DNA of 64,000 nucleotides from a virus, in IMG/VR virus record IMGVR_UViG_3300009523_000001, positions 32,001-96,000 of that record. The stretch is one strand, 5' to 3'. Each line of letters opens with the position of its first letter. The stretch's first letter is position 1. Under the pieces are notes generated by a model. It was not told the DNA's origin, did not search any database, and was given only the letters and a program-made list of their open reading frames with translations. A program made the translations under genes and the position numbers. Of this stretch, positions 9,468-20,474 are shown piece after piece.

Positions 9468-9721
9468 AGAAGGGCGTACTTCTTCGTTTGGCGGAAGTGA
9501 TCGGACCGACCGAGGTGCGACTCTTTTTTTCGGACGGCACCGTCGTAGAGCGCTCCTTGCCAGGTGTGAGCAAGCTCCGAAGCGTTCGCATCGTTGACGA
9601 CGGGCTCGGTCTCGATCCAGGAGACGGTAAAGGCGAGATGAGCGCTCACATGCTAAATCGCCCGTGCAAGGGGCGTCGCGTTTATCATGTTGGGGAAGCG
9701 AGAAGGCGTCCAGTCCGATGA
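9464..9721 (+). CDS. DUF2442-like partner of DUF4160
   Basis: VRLFFSDG motif; ATGA-coupled to DUF4160. Confidence 0.65.
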   Translation: MKKGVLLRLAEVIGPTEVRLFFSDGTVVERSLPGVSKLRSVRIVDDGLGLDPGDGKGEMSAHMLNRPCKGRRVYHVGEARRRPVR

Positions 9722-9906
9722 TCCGCAAGCCTTGGCCGAAAGACAGAACGCTTCCGAACTTCGACTCGTACGAGGACGAGCTTGCGTTCTGGAACCGATA
9801 CTATGTTCCGTGGAATGATGATGCGTACTCGGAAGCCGTAGGCGGACCGCCAGCCGGTGTTCAGCCAGTGGAAGAGCAGTCGGTCATTCGACGCCGGAGG
9901 CCGTGA
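9718..9906 (+). CDS. Antitoxin-like fragment (PxFxSxxxExxFW motif)
   Basis: LPNFDSYEDELAFW; no obvious DNA-binding C-terminus. Confidence 0.5.
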   Translation: MIRKPWPKDRTLPNFDSYEDELAFWNRYYVPWNDDAYSEAVGGPPAGVQPVEEQSVIRRRRP

Positions 9907-10157
9907 TGCGGTCCAAGATCCGACGCCGTTACAACCTGCGGTCGTTGCGAATGGCGCTCGGCAAGACGCAGATCGACGTCTCGCGCGCAGCGAGGATGGC
10001 GCAGGGCGACGTGTCACTTCTCGAGTCGCGTCGGGATGTCAAGCTCTCAACGCTCGCGCGCTACGCCGCTGCCATCGGTGGCGCTACCGAGGTAGCGGTT
10101 GTTATCGATGGTCGACGCTACCTGCTCGACTTGTTCGACGGAGGCGCCAGAACATGA
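9903..10157 (+). CDS. XRE-family HTH (HigA-like)
   Basis: LRSLRMALGKTQIDVS..QGDVSLLESRRDVKLSTLARYAAAIGG. Confidence 0.85.
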   Translation: MMRSKIRRRYNLRSLRMALGKTQIDVSRAARMAQGDVSLLESRRDVKLSTLARYAAAIGGATEVAVVIDGRRYLLDLFDGGART

Positions 10158-10363
10158 GTCGCGTTCCATCTCGCGAGGAGTTGTCGCGGGTGTTGGTGAT
10201 GTACGGCGCGTTCGCTTCAAGCGGTCGGATCATGGACGAAGACGATGATCAGGCAACTCTCGAGCACCTCCAGCGGCTGCGCGCTAAGCTCGACGACGAG
10301 CGCGGAGAAGCGATCGAGCGGGTGATCCGTGGGCTGCGCAGTCTGATGACTACGGCTTCCTGA
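10154..10363 (+). CDS. Hypothetical protein
   Basis: ATGA-coupled helical 69-aa ORF. Confidence 0.5.
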   Translation: MSRVPSREELSRVLVMYGAFASSGRIMDEDDDQATLEHLQRLRAKLDDERGEAIERVIRGLRSLMTTAS

Positions 10364-10506
10364 GTGCCCGCCGTGTGCGGAACGCGTGACGCATGGCCCA
10401 CTCGAACACGGCGACGAGGTCCGCCGCCTCGTCCTCGGTAAACGTGACATGGTGTCGATTCTTCCGTCGATCATGCCGAGGCGCTGGCGTGAGCTAATCT
10501 GACAGG

Positions 10507-10773
10507 GTGGAGTGCACGAAGGACCCGATCGAGGGCTGCGGATCCGGGGTCCGGGTCGAACGCCGCTACCTCGACGGAGTTCTCGAGGGCATCGCCTGGT
10601 GGCACCTCTGCCACGGGGTCGAGTGCGAGGACTTCATGGGCACAGAGCCCCCGTGGCAGGACGGGTGGGTCGTAGAGCAGGTCCACCCGCTCACGCTGTC
10701 GCCCTCGATCCTCTGCCGTGCCTGCCAATTCCACGGGCACATCCGCGAAGGGAAGTGGATCCCGGTATCATGA
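10507..10773 (+). CDS. DUF6527-like metal-binding protein
   Basis: HLC..W..PLTLSPSILCRACQFHGHIREGKW. Confidence 0.75.
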   Translation: MECTKDPIEGCGSGVRVERRYLDGVLEGIAWWHLCHGVECEDFMGTEPPWQDGWVVEQVHPLTLSPSILCRACQFHGHIREGKWIPVS

Positions 10774-11291
10774 GCACCGATCCGAGCGCCCGCGATTTCG
10801 ACGTCCCAATTCGATTCCTCGTCGAGACGATCGACAAGCATCCGTGCCCGTACCCCGACTGCACGATCGCGGGCTGCACCACGAGCATCCCGACGTACCG
10901 AACGCTGGACGGTACGGTGGTCGACAAAGTCCCGGGCGATGTTTTCTTCCATCGCGCGCACGCGCTCGACGAAGCCGAGGGGGCATGCGCCTGGACCCAC
11001 TGCGACGGACAGCACCTCTTCGTCGTGACCCCTGCGAAGGACGAGTGGGGGATCGGCACACCGGAGTACGGCTGGCTATGGCACATCTGGAATCTCGACG
11101 CACGCGCGGCAAATTGTACCCTGCCGGCCGACACCCTGCATCGGTGCTGGTGCCGGAGCGGGGACCCGCGGGTCCCCGGATCACTGCACGTGGCCAAGGA
11201 CCCCGGACCGACGTGCAGCGCGGGCGGCGGTTCGTTCGGCCACCCCCAGTGGCACGGGGTGCTGCACCAGGGACGGCTCAGGACCGCGTGA
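10770..11291 (+). CDS. Cys/His-rich protein with DUF6527-like tail
   Basis: ATGA-coupled; NCT..HRCW.R.G.P..TCSAGGGS..WHGVLHQGRL. Confidence 0.65.
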   Translation: MSTDPSARDFDVPIRFLVETIDKHPCPYPDCTIAGCTTSIPTYRTLDGTVVDKVPGDVFFHRAHALDEAEGACAWTHCDGQHLFVVTPAKDEWGIGTPEYGWLWHIWNLDARAANCTLPADTLHRCWCRSGDPRVPGSLHVAKDPGPTCSAGGGSFGHPQWHGVLHQGRLRTA

Positions 11292-11699
11292 TGGAACGGT
11301 TGTCGCGGGGACGCAGGCGGCCGGCCAAGGACCGTAGAGGAAACGCAGCCCCAGCCTACGCTCCATCCGGTCGATTTGAAGTGCGCGCACCGCCTACCGT
11401 GCCTCGGGAGAAAGGACCCTCGAGCCCGAATTGGATCGAGGGAGGAAGCCCGAGGGTTCGAGGCGGCGCGCGCGCGACGAAGCGTAGCCGGTCAAGGGTC
11501 TCTTGGGATACCGTAAGGTCTCCATGCGAACACTCATTTGCCGCCGCTGCCACCGGCTCCGCCTTGTCAATGCGACACGCACGTGCGCGGCGTGCGAGAA
11601 GGATCTTCGAGCGCAGGAGCGGCCGCGCGCGGCGGCGGCGCCAGCGCAAGTCGATGGCCCTGCGCCGCCCGGCACCGGGGTCGAGGACGCGACGCACGA

Positions 11700-12260
11700 C
11701 TAGCGCGTCGCCGCGTCTTCGAAGAAATAAGCTGTCAGGTCCACGTCCACCCAGCGAAACCCGTGGTCGGTCATGTCCTTCTCCATTTGGGACCGAGACC
11801 ACCCGAACATCTTTCTGCCCTCGAGCGCGCTGACGAGGCCCGTCCGATCGCGGCCGTGCGAGCAGTGGAAAGCGACCACGTAGCCTTGCGTCCATGCGTA
11901 GTGGATGACTTGCACTGCGCCCATGACCTGCTCTACGGACGGTTTGATCAGGACGGACCACGGTTTGTCGTCCTCGGGCGGCATCGGGAATTTGAGAACC
12001 TTCCAGCCGAGCGTGGTGGCAGGATCGTCGGATCCCTCCTCGTCGTCGTTGAGCTTGACGATGACGACCCGCTCGCCGCTCGGGGCGATGCGCGCCGCGA
12101 GCTCCTTCCATGCCGCCTCGTTCGGTGGTTGGCCCATCCGCCACATGCGTGGGGCGAAGGAGACGAGGTTCGGGGTGCCTGCCGGCGTCACGGTCTCGTG
12201 AAACCCGAATCCACATCCGAAGAGGGCCAGGACGGACAGCACGAACCGGGGCAGCTTCAT
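11700..12260 (-). CDS. Tyrosine/dual-specificity phosphatase with lipoprotein-like signal
   Basis: HCSHGRDRTG (CX5R); N-terminus MKLPRFVLSVLALFGC. Confidence 0.85.
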   Translation of the reverse strand: MKLPRFVLSVLALFGCGFGFHETVTPAGTPNLVSFAPRMWRMGQPPNEAAWKELAARIAPSGERVVIVKLNDDEEGSDDPATTLGWKVLKFPMPPEDDKPWSVLIKPSVEQVMGAVQVIHYAWTQGYVVAFHCSHGRDRTGLVSALEGRKMFGWSRSQMEKDMTDHGFRWVDVDLTAYFFEDAATR

Positions 12261-12312
12261 GGGGTGCACTCCGCGAGGGCGGCCAGCAGCCAGGCCAGCA
12301 ACCGGAGGGGGT

Positions 12313-12720
12313 TCACGGCCTGCCCTCGACCATCGCACGGAAGTAAGGGTTCGTCAGGCCATCGCGGAGTTCTCGGATGCGGCGGACGGCGCGGTCCCGC
12401 GGCACCCCGAGCTCGACGAGCGCCAGGCCCGCAATGACCCCGGAACGGTTGCGGCCCTGCCAGCAAGTAACGATCACGCGATGTCCGATCCGCACATGGT
12501 CCGCCACCGTTCGCGCGGCGCTCCGGATGCGCAGGCGAGTCACCTTGTCCGGCGGGGGCCCATCGTCGAGCGGCACGTGCAGCACGCGGTAGCCGGGCAG
12601 ATCCGGCTGGTATTCCTCGGCCGCGAGCACGACGACGTCGAAGGGGATGCGTGCGCGAGGAGGCGGGGCGCTCCCCTGCGCGAGCCGGCCGCCGGAGAGG
12701 AGGTAGTGGTAGCCGCTCAT
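12313..12720 (-). CDS. Dual-specificity phosphatase
   Basis: PLDDGP acid loop; TCWQGRNRSG (CX5R). Confidence 0.88.
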   Translation of the reverse strand: MSGYHYLLSGGRLAQGSAPPPRARIPFDVVVLAAEEYQPDLPGYRVLHVPLDDGPPPDKVTRLRIRSAARTVADHVRIGHRVIVTCWQGRNRSGVIAGLALVELGVPRDRAVRRIRELRDGLTNPYFRAMVEGRP

Positions 12721-12740
12721 TCGGGAACTTTACCACCTCT

Positions 12741-14072
12741 TCAAGAATCGGCGTAGAAGACGCAGTTGTTCGGCGCCTCGAAGAGCAGCACCCAGTCGTT
12801 GTCACCAGCGGCGTTGGTGCCTGGAGTGGCGGCGAACGTGTGGCTGCCCGACGTCCCGAGTGTTCCGTTGACGGCCGATTGCACGCTACCGCTTGTGGGG
12901 TCCATCCAAAAGGCGCCGACGCGACGAGTGAACCCGGATAGGGCAACGGTCAACGATTCATTGGTGGGCACGTAGATGGCGCCCCATGAGCCGTCGGAGG
13001 CTTGCGCAGCGCTCGCGAAAGCGGCCCCGCTGTAGCTGCCGCCGTTGGTCAAGAAGGTGAATCCTGTATCGGGCACGAGGAGCCACCAGGCACGCGAAGC
13101 CATGAGGTTGTTGACGACGTTGCTGCCAAGGGCGCCTGTTGTTCCGAGCAACGTCGGCCAGCTCGTGAGAAACTCCCAGAGCGGCTTTGGGGCCACGGAA
13201 CCGCCGCTACCAAAGGTGTATCCCATTCCTCCGTTGAGTAGCGACTCCCAATTTTCCTGACGAATAAGCTGTTCGGTGCCGGAGTTATCGAACTCGTAGC
13301 AGCTTTCGATCATGAACGACGGTCGTGATTGACCGGTATACGACGACTGCATGTTCGTGTGGATCCACGGATGCCCATTTTGGACATCTGTGTACACACT
13401 GTCTACCGTGAGCCAGGATTGGCCACCCCACTCTGTGCTCGCGTTGGTACCGTCTGCGCAGTGGGCCGTCATCAGATGAGTCGAATCGGCCGCGACGATC
13501 GCGGTCGCTATGGCGATCGTCGAGCTCGTGTCGGCTGGATTATAATCACCGCCCATAACGTAAATAATGTTTGGAAAGCTCGTGTATCTTGACCCGAAGA
13601 AGTTGCCATAGGCTGTTCGTTTAGCACCGCTGTTCGCCTGGAGATCAGTGTACCAGCCTTGGTTACCCCCGTTGAACCCGAGGTATGCTGGGAATAGAAG
13701 TACCATCATTCCGTAGGTCGCGCATGTGTTGATTGCCAAGTCCCACTGATCGAAATAGGCTGTATTCCATGTGGAGAAATCGGCCAATTGGGATCGATTG
13801 GTGTACGTGCTCCCGTCGGTGGCTTTCAAAAACGGCTGATCTCCGTTGAGGTTGGCCGCCGTACTCCCGTCCGGTCCAACGGGCGCCATATACAGCAACG
13901 TGGTGTTGAACCCCCGAGCGATCCGATCCTGCACGTACTGTGTGATGCCGGAGCTATTTAGTGAAATGCCGATGTTCCAACCGGAGTCTCCACGCATCTG
14001 AAACGGTACTCCGAATTGATCGACAAGATACCGTTTTCCAGTAGGGATGACGAGTGGAAATCTGCTTGCCAT
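12741..14072 (-). CDS. DUF4038/apiosidase-like glycoside hydrolase with C-terminal collagen-binding-2-like domain
   Basis: RYLVDQFGVPF..GDSGW, RIARGFN, NIIYVMGGD, IESCYE, WMDPTSG..DWVLL. Confidence 0.85.
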   Translation of the reverse strand: MASRFPLVIPTGKRYLVDQFGVPFQMRGDSGWNIGISLNSSGITQYVQDRIARGFNTTLLYMAPVGPDGSTAANLNGDQPFLKATDGSTYTNRSQLADFSTWNTAYFDQWDLAINTCATYGMMVLLFPAYLGFNGGNQGWYTDLQANSGAKRTAYGNFFGSRYTSFPNIIYVMGGDYNPADTSSTIAIATAIVAADSTHLMTAHCADGTNASTEWGGQSWLTVDSVYTDVQNGHPWIHTNMQSSYTGQSRPSFMIESCYEFDNSGTEQLIRQENWESLLNGGMGYTFGSGGSVAPKPLWEFLTSWPTLLGTTGALGSNVVNNLMASRAWWLLVPDTGFTFLTNGGSYSGAAFASAAQASDGSWGAIYVPTNESLTVALSGFTRRVGAFWMDPTSGSVQSAVNGTLGTSGSHTFAATPGTNAAGDNDWVLLFEAPNNCVFYADS

Positions 14073-14755
14073 TAGTCGCTACCAAAGAAAATACAATTCG
14101 CGGCTGACGATTGTAGGGCCAACGCCACCATCGCCCAGATGTCCGATGTGTTTTGAGACATCGTCACGGCTTGGGATCCGACGGCAGCTCCTGCCTTGGT
14201 AGCTAGGAATGCACCATTGTTATCGATCCCTGCGCCAGGCACCTTTTGGGTATATCCTGCCTCAGCGGCCGTGATGTGCGATCCGACGATACCTGTCTCA
14301 ATAATCAAGTCGTTACTGGCTACCGGCACGACTGTGGCGCTCATCCCTTGCGCCGTTCCTCCCGACGCAGCCCCGCCAAACCCTACAGCATCGAATATTG
14401 CCGATGTCGTTTCGACGATCCACAGATCAGGGAAGTCGCCGCCGCCAGTGCCCCAGTTGACAGTCACCGTATTGGCGCCGGCCTTTATGTTGGAGGCCAG
14501 GTAGGCGTGTATCGAGCACCCTGACGCCACGTTTACGAAAGTACCAACCAGTGAGTATTTGTTGCTGGCACCCCCGCCGGGTGCGTCACTCACTGAGGTG
14601 TTGGTAAGGTTCGCTCGCGTGTCGAATGATGTGACAATAACCGCGATTGCATTGCCAGTGACGTTGTTGGATCCGAACGCTTGCGCAAGCGTAGCAACTC
14701 CAGTTCCGGCGCCGTCGCTGTTGACCGCCCCCTGAACGAATGTGGGTCCAGCCAC
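14072..14755 (-). CDS. Beta-rich virion surface/spike-like protein
   Basis: Small-residue beta-rich sequence; C-terminus NCIFFGSD parallels the neighbour's NCVFYADS. Confidence 0.6.
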   Translation of the reverse strand: MAGPTFVQGAVNSDGAGTGVATLAQAFGSNNVTGNAIAVIVTSFDTRANLTNTSVSDAPGGGASNKYSLVGTFVNVASGCSIHAYLASNIKAGANTVTVNWGTGGGDFPDLWIVETTSAIFDAVGFGGAASGGTAQGMSATVVPVASNDLIIETGIVGSHITAAEAGYTQKVPGAGIDNNGAFLATKAGAAVGSQAVTMSQNTSDIWAMVALALQSSAANCIFFGSD

Positions 14756-14758
14756 GAT

Positions 14759-15133
14759 CTATCCGAAGTTGGGGCTTAGGATTCCCCAGTAATTCGTCCC
14801 GTCCCACTTGAAGGTGATGATGTCCACAGCGGCCGCTGTGCTCGTCAGCGTCGGCGCCGCGCTTCCGGTCCACTTGACCGTGCCCGGCCACGTCGCCGTG
14901 AATCCACCGTTCTGGGTGAGGTAGATCGTCAAGTTCTCGTTGGTGACAGGGCCGATGGGGGCGGTGAATACGAACGTGCACGTAGCACTAAGGGTGATCT
15001 TGTGGGTCGCCCCCTTCGTCCAGTCGACTGTGAAGTTCGCACCCGAGTTCCCGTCGGCGACGGGAGCTGCTTGCCCGACGGCCAACGCGTTGGCGAGCGT
15101 GGCGTTGACGATGGGGGTAGCGGGAGCGGCCAT
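14759..15133 (-). CDS. Fibre-associated small beta protein
   Basis: VDW..G..ITL..LTQ..TWPGTVKW..APTLT..VDIITF..DGTNYWG, typical of phage fibre domains. Confidence 0.7.
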   Translation of the reverse strand: MAAPATPIVNATLANALAVGQAAPVADGNSGANFTVDWTKGATHKITLSATCTFVFTAPIGPVTNENLTIYLTQNGGFTATWPGTVKWTGSAAPTLTSTAAAVDIITFKWDGTNYWGILSPNFG

Positions 15134-15137
15134 ATTT

Positions 15138-17243
<2,106 letters not shown>

Positions 17244-17256
17244 ACGGCTCTGCTAG

Positions 17257-17285
17257 AGCCTCACGCTGCGCTCTTGACGGGTCAA
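17257..17285 (-). promoter_or_regulatory. Shared structural-gene promoter, copy 1
   Basis: TTGACC-cgtcaagagcgcagcgt-GAGGCT (17-nt spacer). Confidence 0.65.
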
Positions 17286-17607
17286 TCGAAGCTTTTTTCG
17301 GCTAGAACGTCGTCGCAGTGCGCGAGATGGGCATACCGCGGGATGCCCAGCGGAGGCCGCTAACTCATGGAATCGGCGGCTGTGTTCGCGATGCAGCCTT
17401 CGCGAGCCGCTCAAGCTGCGCTTCGTCGAGCGTGGCTCGGAGGGCGACTGCGCGGGGATTGGTTTCGTCCAACGGCTGCATGCGCGGCGGGATGTACGGT
17501 CGGCGGATCATGGCAGTCTCTTCCACGGAGGAGAACGTACCACCGGTCGCCGGCGGCGGGGTAGCGGTTGCGCGCCTCACGGCCGCTCAGGTAGTCTTCT
17601 CCCATTC

Positions 17608-17965
17608 GGGGTCGAAAGGATTCGACGGAGGAGAAGAACAGTCGTCTGCGTGCGACCGGCGCTCGACCCGGTCTTGATCAAGCGAGCCGTTTTTATCTGC
17701 GAACGACAACGCGCACCTCATCGCGGCCTAGAAATCCGCGGTGCGTCCCGGCAGCGAGGATCTCGAGTACCTGCCGGGGCGTCAATACACGAGACAGACA
17801 GCGCCCAGCCATCGGGTGGCTGAGGACTTCAGGGTGGCCGAGCGGCGGAATGCTCGCACGCGAAACACCGCGAGGCCGTCGGGAGCCTCAGACCGACTAC
17901 GCACGTGAAGAGGATGATTGCGGCGCTCTTGCGGACCGGGCTCTCGGATGCCCGCGACTCCACCA
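17608..17965 (+). ncRNA. ssrA: tmRNA
   Basis: 5' GGGGTCGAAAGGATTCGAC; acceptor GGGGTCG/CGACTCC-ACCA with G3-U; tag ORF 17699-17731 ANDNAHLIAA*; 358 nt. Confidence 0.93.
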
Positions 17966-18076
17966 AGGCTGGTCAGCGCGAACGCATGGAGAAGAGCGAA
18001 TGCAACCCGTGGGAGGCCCCGTAAAGGGGCCGTTACCACCACGGCCGTCGCTCTCATGGGGTAGGGTGGCCAATTC

Positions 18077-18301
18077 ATGCCTTGGGCGAAGGAGATCACG
18101 CGCAAGCTGTCCTGCATCATCTGCGGGGAACCGATCACGGCTTACTCGACCACCTCGCCGCATCCGGAGGCCCCCGAGATGGTCCAGCTCCTCTCCGACC
18201 AGGCGTGGATCGGCATCGAGGGTCCTGCGTACGAGGGTGAATCGCCGAAGTTGCTCGTCGTGTGCTCGGTAAGGTGCCTAGACGAACTGCTTGAGGAGTG
18301 A
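18077..18301 (+). CDS. Small Zn-binding protein
   Basis: CIICG..VVCSVRC. Confidence 0.6.
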   Translation: MPWAKEITRKLSCIICGEPITAYSTTSPHPEAPEMVQLLSDQAWIGIEGPAYEGESPKLLVVCSVRCLDELLEE

Positions 18302-18302
18302 C

Positions 18303-18602
18303 TTAGAACTGCTCACGCGGCAAGCCGTGGAATCGCTCGTAGTGTGCCATCCATGACTCGAGCTCCGCCCGCGTCATCGATCCCTGCCCTCGGCAGCCGC
18401 CCCACACGCGGGACGGACACCCTTCGAAGGTGTGCTCCCCGCAGCAGCAGCCGCACCCCGCCATTTCGCAGAGCCGGTCGACGTCGCCGGCCCACATCGC
18501 TTCCTCGAGCTCGCGCGCGAATGCTTGTTCGTCGCCTTCGCGGCCGGCGAGCCGCACGGCCTCTTCGAACGCCCACGGGTGATCGCGCAGCAGTGAGTTC
18601 AC
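18303..18602 (-). CDS. Small Cys-rich protein
   Basis: GTG start adjacent to upstream stop; CGCCCGEHTFEGC. Confidence 0.55.
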   Translation of the reverse strand: MNSLLRDHPWAFEEAVRLAGREGDEQAFARELEEAMWAGDVDRLCEMAGCGCCCGEHTFEGCPSRVWGGCRGQGSMTRAELESWMAHYERFHGLPREQF

Positions 18603-18603
18603 C

Positions 18604-18783
18604 CTAGACCTCGCACGTGCAGACATACCCGCACGACCAGCACTCGAACCACCACCAGACTTCCGAGTCCATCGCGTCCACTGCCTCTCTTCGTGCGTGT
18701 GCGAGCTCCACGAAGGACACGGGGGACGGCCGATCGCAGCAGCATCGGATGCGGCAGCGGCGCCCACCGCGTGAACGGCTCAT
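18604..18783 (-). CDS. Small Cys-rich protein
   Basis: ATGA-coupled; CCC..CWSCGYVCTC. Confidence 0.4.
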   Translation of the reverse strand: MSRSRGGRRCRIRCCCDRPSPVSFVELAHARREAVDAMDSEVWWWFECWSCGYVCTCEV

Positions 18784-18938
18784 GGCAGTGGGATCTCCCG
18801 AACGCGACTCGCGACCGCCGCGAGGGTTTGCGCCAGATTGCGCATCTCGTCGCCGGTTAGCCGGCGCTCGGTGAAGAGGCGTTTGGCTGCGCGCTCCACG
18901 ATGGCGACGTCGGTTTCTTCGACAAGGTACTGCCTCAC
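18780..18938 (-). CDS. Small hypothetical protein
   Basis: GTGA-coupled; helical RLFTERRLTGDEMRNLAQ. Confidence 0.45.
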   Translation of the reverse strand: MRQYLVEETDVAIVERAAKRLFTERRLTGDEMRNLAQTLAAVASRVREIPLP

Positions 18939-19177
18939 CACGACAGCTCCCGCGTGTACGCCTGGAGCTGCGGCTCGAACCGTCCGAGCAGGATGCGCGC
19001 AGGCGTCGTCGTCGTTCGCCCGCACCACGGGCAGGTGCCGGCGCGCGCGAGCTCTGCGGCGCGCTCGCGACCCATGAGGTTGTCCCACCCGCGCGCCGTT
19101 CGGTTGCAGAGCAGGCCGAGTGCGGTCTCCGTTTGCTTGCGACAGCAAGGGCACCGTCCATTTCCCCATTCGCTCAT
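18935..19177 (-). CDS. Small Zn-finger protein
   Basis: CPCC..C..CPWCG. Confidence 0.5.
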   Translation of the reverse strand: MSEWGNGRCPCCRKQTETALGLLCNRTARGWDNLMGRERAAELARAGTCPWCGRTTTTPARILLGRFEPQLQAYTRELSW

Positions 19178-19282
19178 GGCGGGCAGCTATCGCAAGAGCG
19201 CGGCCAACAGGAAGATCGCGGAGTTGCGAGCGGTTTCGGGTCGTGTGAGGAGAAGAACCGTTACGGATCGGAAGATTCCTTC

Positions 19283-19951
19283 TCATGCCGCCTGGGTGAA
19301 GTAGGGCGTCTCTCCGAGCAGATCCGGGGCCACGTCGTTCGGATCGAACGGCAGACCGAGGATCCTGATCGTCGCGCGCTGGACGATCGCCGTCCCGCGT
19401 TTGGCCACTTTGCGTTTGGCGAGGTCGGACCAGTACGCATCTGCATCGTGCAGGTCGTAGAGATCGACGGCGGTCAGCGCGTCGTCGTACCCGGCGTAGC
19501 CGCCGGCTCGGAAACCTTCCTCGACGAGCACGTGGCAGTACGGGTTGTAGTAGGCGATGGCTTCCGCTTCCGTCACGGGGCTCGCCATCCCCTCGGCATC
19601 GAACCATCCGTGCGTTCCGGGCGCGTAGCCCGCGGCCTTGGCCCACCCCACGGAGGTCAGCGCATCCGCCTCGGGGTTGCACGCCGCCGGATGCCAGCCT
19701 GGGTCGCGCGGATGTTGGATGAACCCAGCGAGGAAGCGCGCCGGGTGCGTGAGGATCCGTTCGAGCTCATCCGGGTCGATGTCGTCCTTGGGGTTGTTGC
19801 CCGGCAGCGGCGTGTAGCGGAGGATCCCTCCGTAGCCCTGGTTGGCGATGGCGTCGAGGATCGATCCGTTCGTGATCTTTGTGTCGGTGTCGACCATCGT
19901 GCAGGTCGGTGCGCGCACAGCGATAAATGTCATGGGGTCAGTGTATCCCAA
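19283..19951 (-). CDS. DUF1906 (Rv2525c/GH25-like) glycoside hydrolase, putative peptidoglycan hydrolase
   Basis: GYGGILRY..ELERI..WFDAE..GFRAGGY; start may be ATG 19933. Confidence 0.7.
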   Translation of the reverse strand: MGYTDPMTFIAVRAPTCTMVDTDTKITNGSILDAIANQGYGGILRYTPLPGNNPKDDIDPDELERILTHPARFLAGFIQHPRDPGWHPAACNPEADALTSVGWAKAAGYAPGTHGWFDAEGMASPVTEAEAIAYYNPYCHVLVEEGFRAGGYAGYDDALTAVDLYDLHDADAYWSDLAKRKVAKRGTAIVQRATIRILGLPFDPNDVAPDLLGETPYFTQAA

Positions 19952-20017
19952 AGCAGGACGTCGATGGTCGCCACACCGGTTCTGACGATCATCGCGACGG
20001 TGAGGAAGAGAGCACGA

Positions 20018-20398
20018 TCACCAATCCGGTGTGCGGCGGATTAGGTCGACCAACGAGTCCAGGCCAATCGGCTTGCCGAGCATGATGTGGTGCAGCCCCT
20101 CGAAGGCGTTCTCTCTCGCCTTGGAACGGACGTCCTCGGGAGGCATGGCGCTCGTGATGATGATCGGGATCTCCTTCCATTTGTCGTCGTTTCGCATCAG
20201 CCGCGCGACGTCGATCCCGGAGAGCTCCATCTCTCCGGGGTCGATGTCGAGCAAGACCAACTCCGGCGATTCGCCGGCGAGCAGGCGCACGGCTCCGGCG
20301 CAGGTGGACGTGGAGGACACGTCGTGGCCGCATCCACGGAGAAACGTGGCGAGCGCCTGACGGGTGGATGGATCGTCTTCGACGATGAGGATCCTCAT
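20018..20398 (-). CDS. Stand-alone response regulator receiver domain
   Basis: MRILIVEDD, LVLLD, IIITSA and KP all intact; RBS AAGGAG. Confidence 0.92.
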   Translation of the reverse strand: MRILIVEDDPSTRQALATFLRGCGHDVSSTSTCAGAVRLLAGESPELVLLDIDPGEMELSGIDVARLMRNDDKWKEIPIIITSAMPPEDVRSKARENAFEGLHHIMLGKPIGLDSLVDLIRRTPDW

Positions 20399-20474
20399 CT
20401 CCTTGATTCTGTCAGAAAAAAGCCCACCCGGACACCATGTCCAGGCGGGCTCCAGGCTGCGAAGATCCGGAAAG

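Noticed and set aside
17608-17965. ssrA as a host integration site marking a prophage boundary
   Set aside because: Virus-like genes with shared tags and promoters lie on both sides; no integrase, smpB or duplicated 3' end seen in the window.
17782-18272. ORFs 17782-18138 and 17850-18272
   Set aside because: Overlap the tmRNA and lack protein-like composition.
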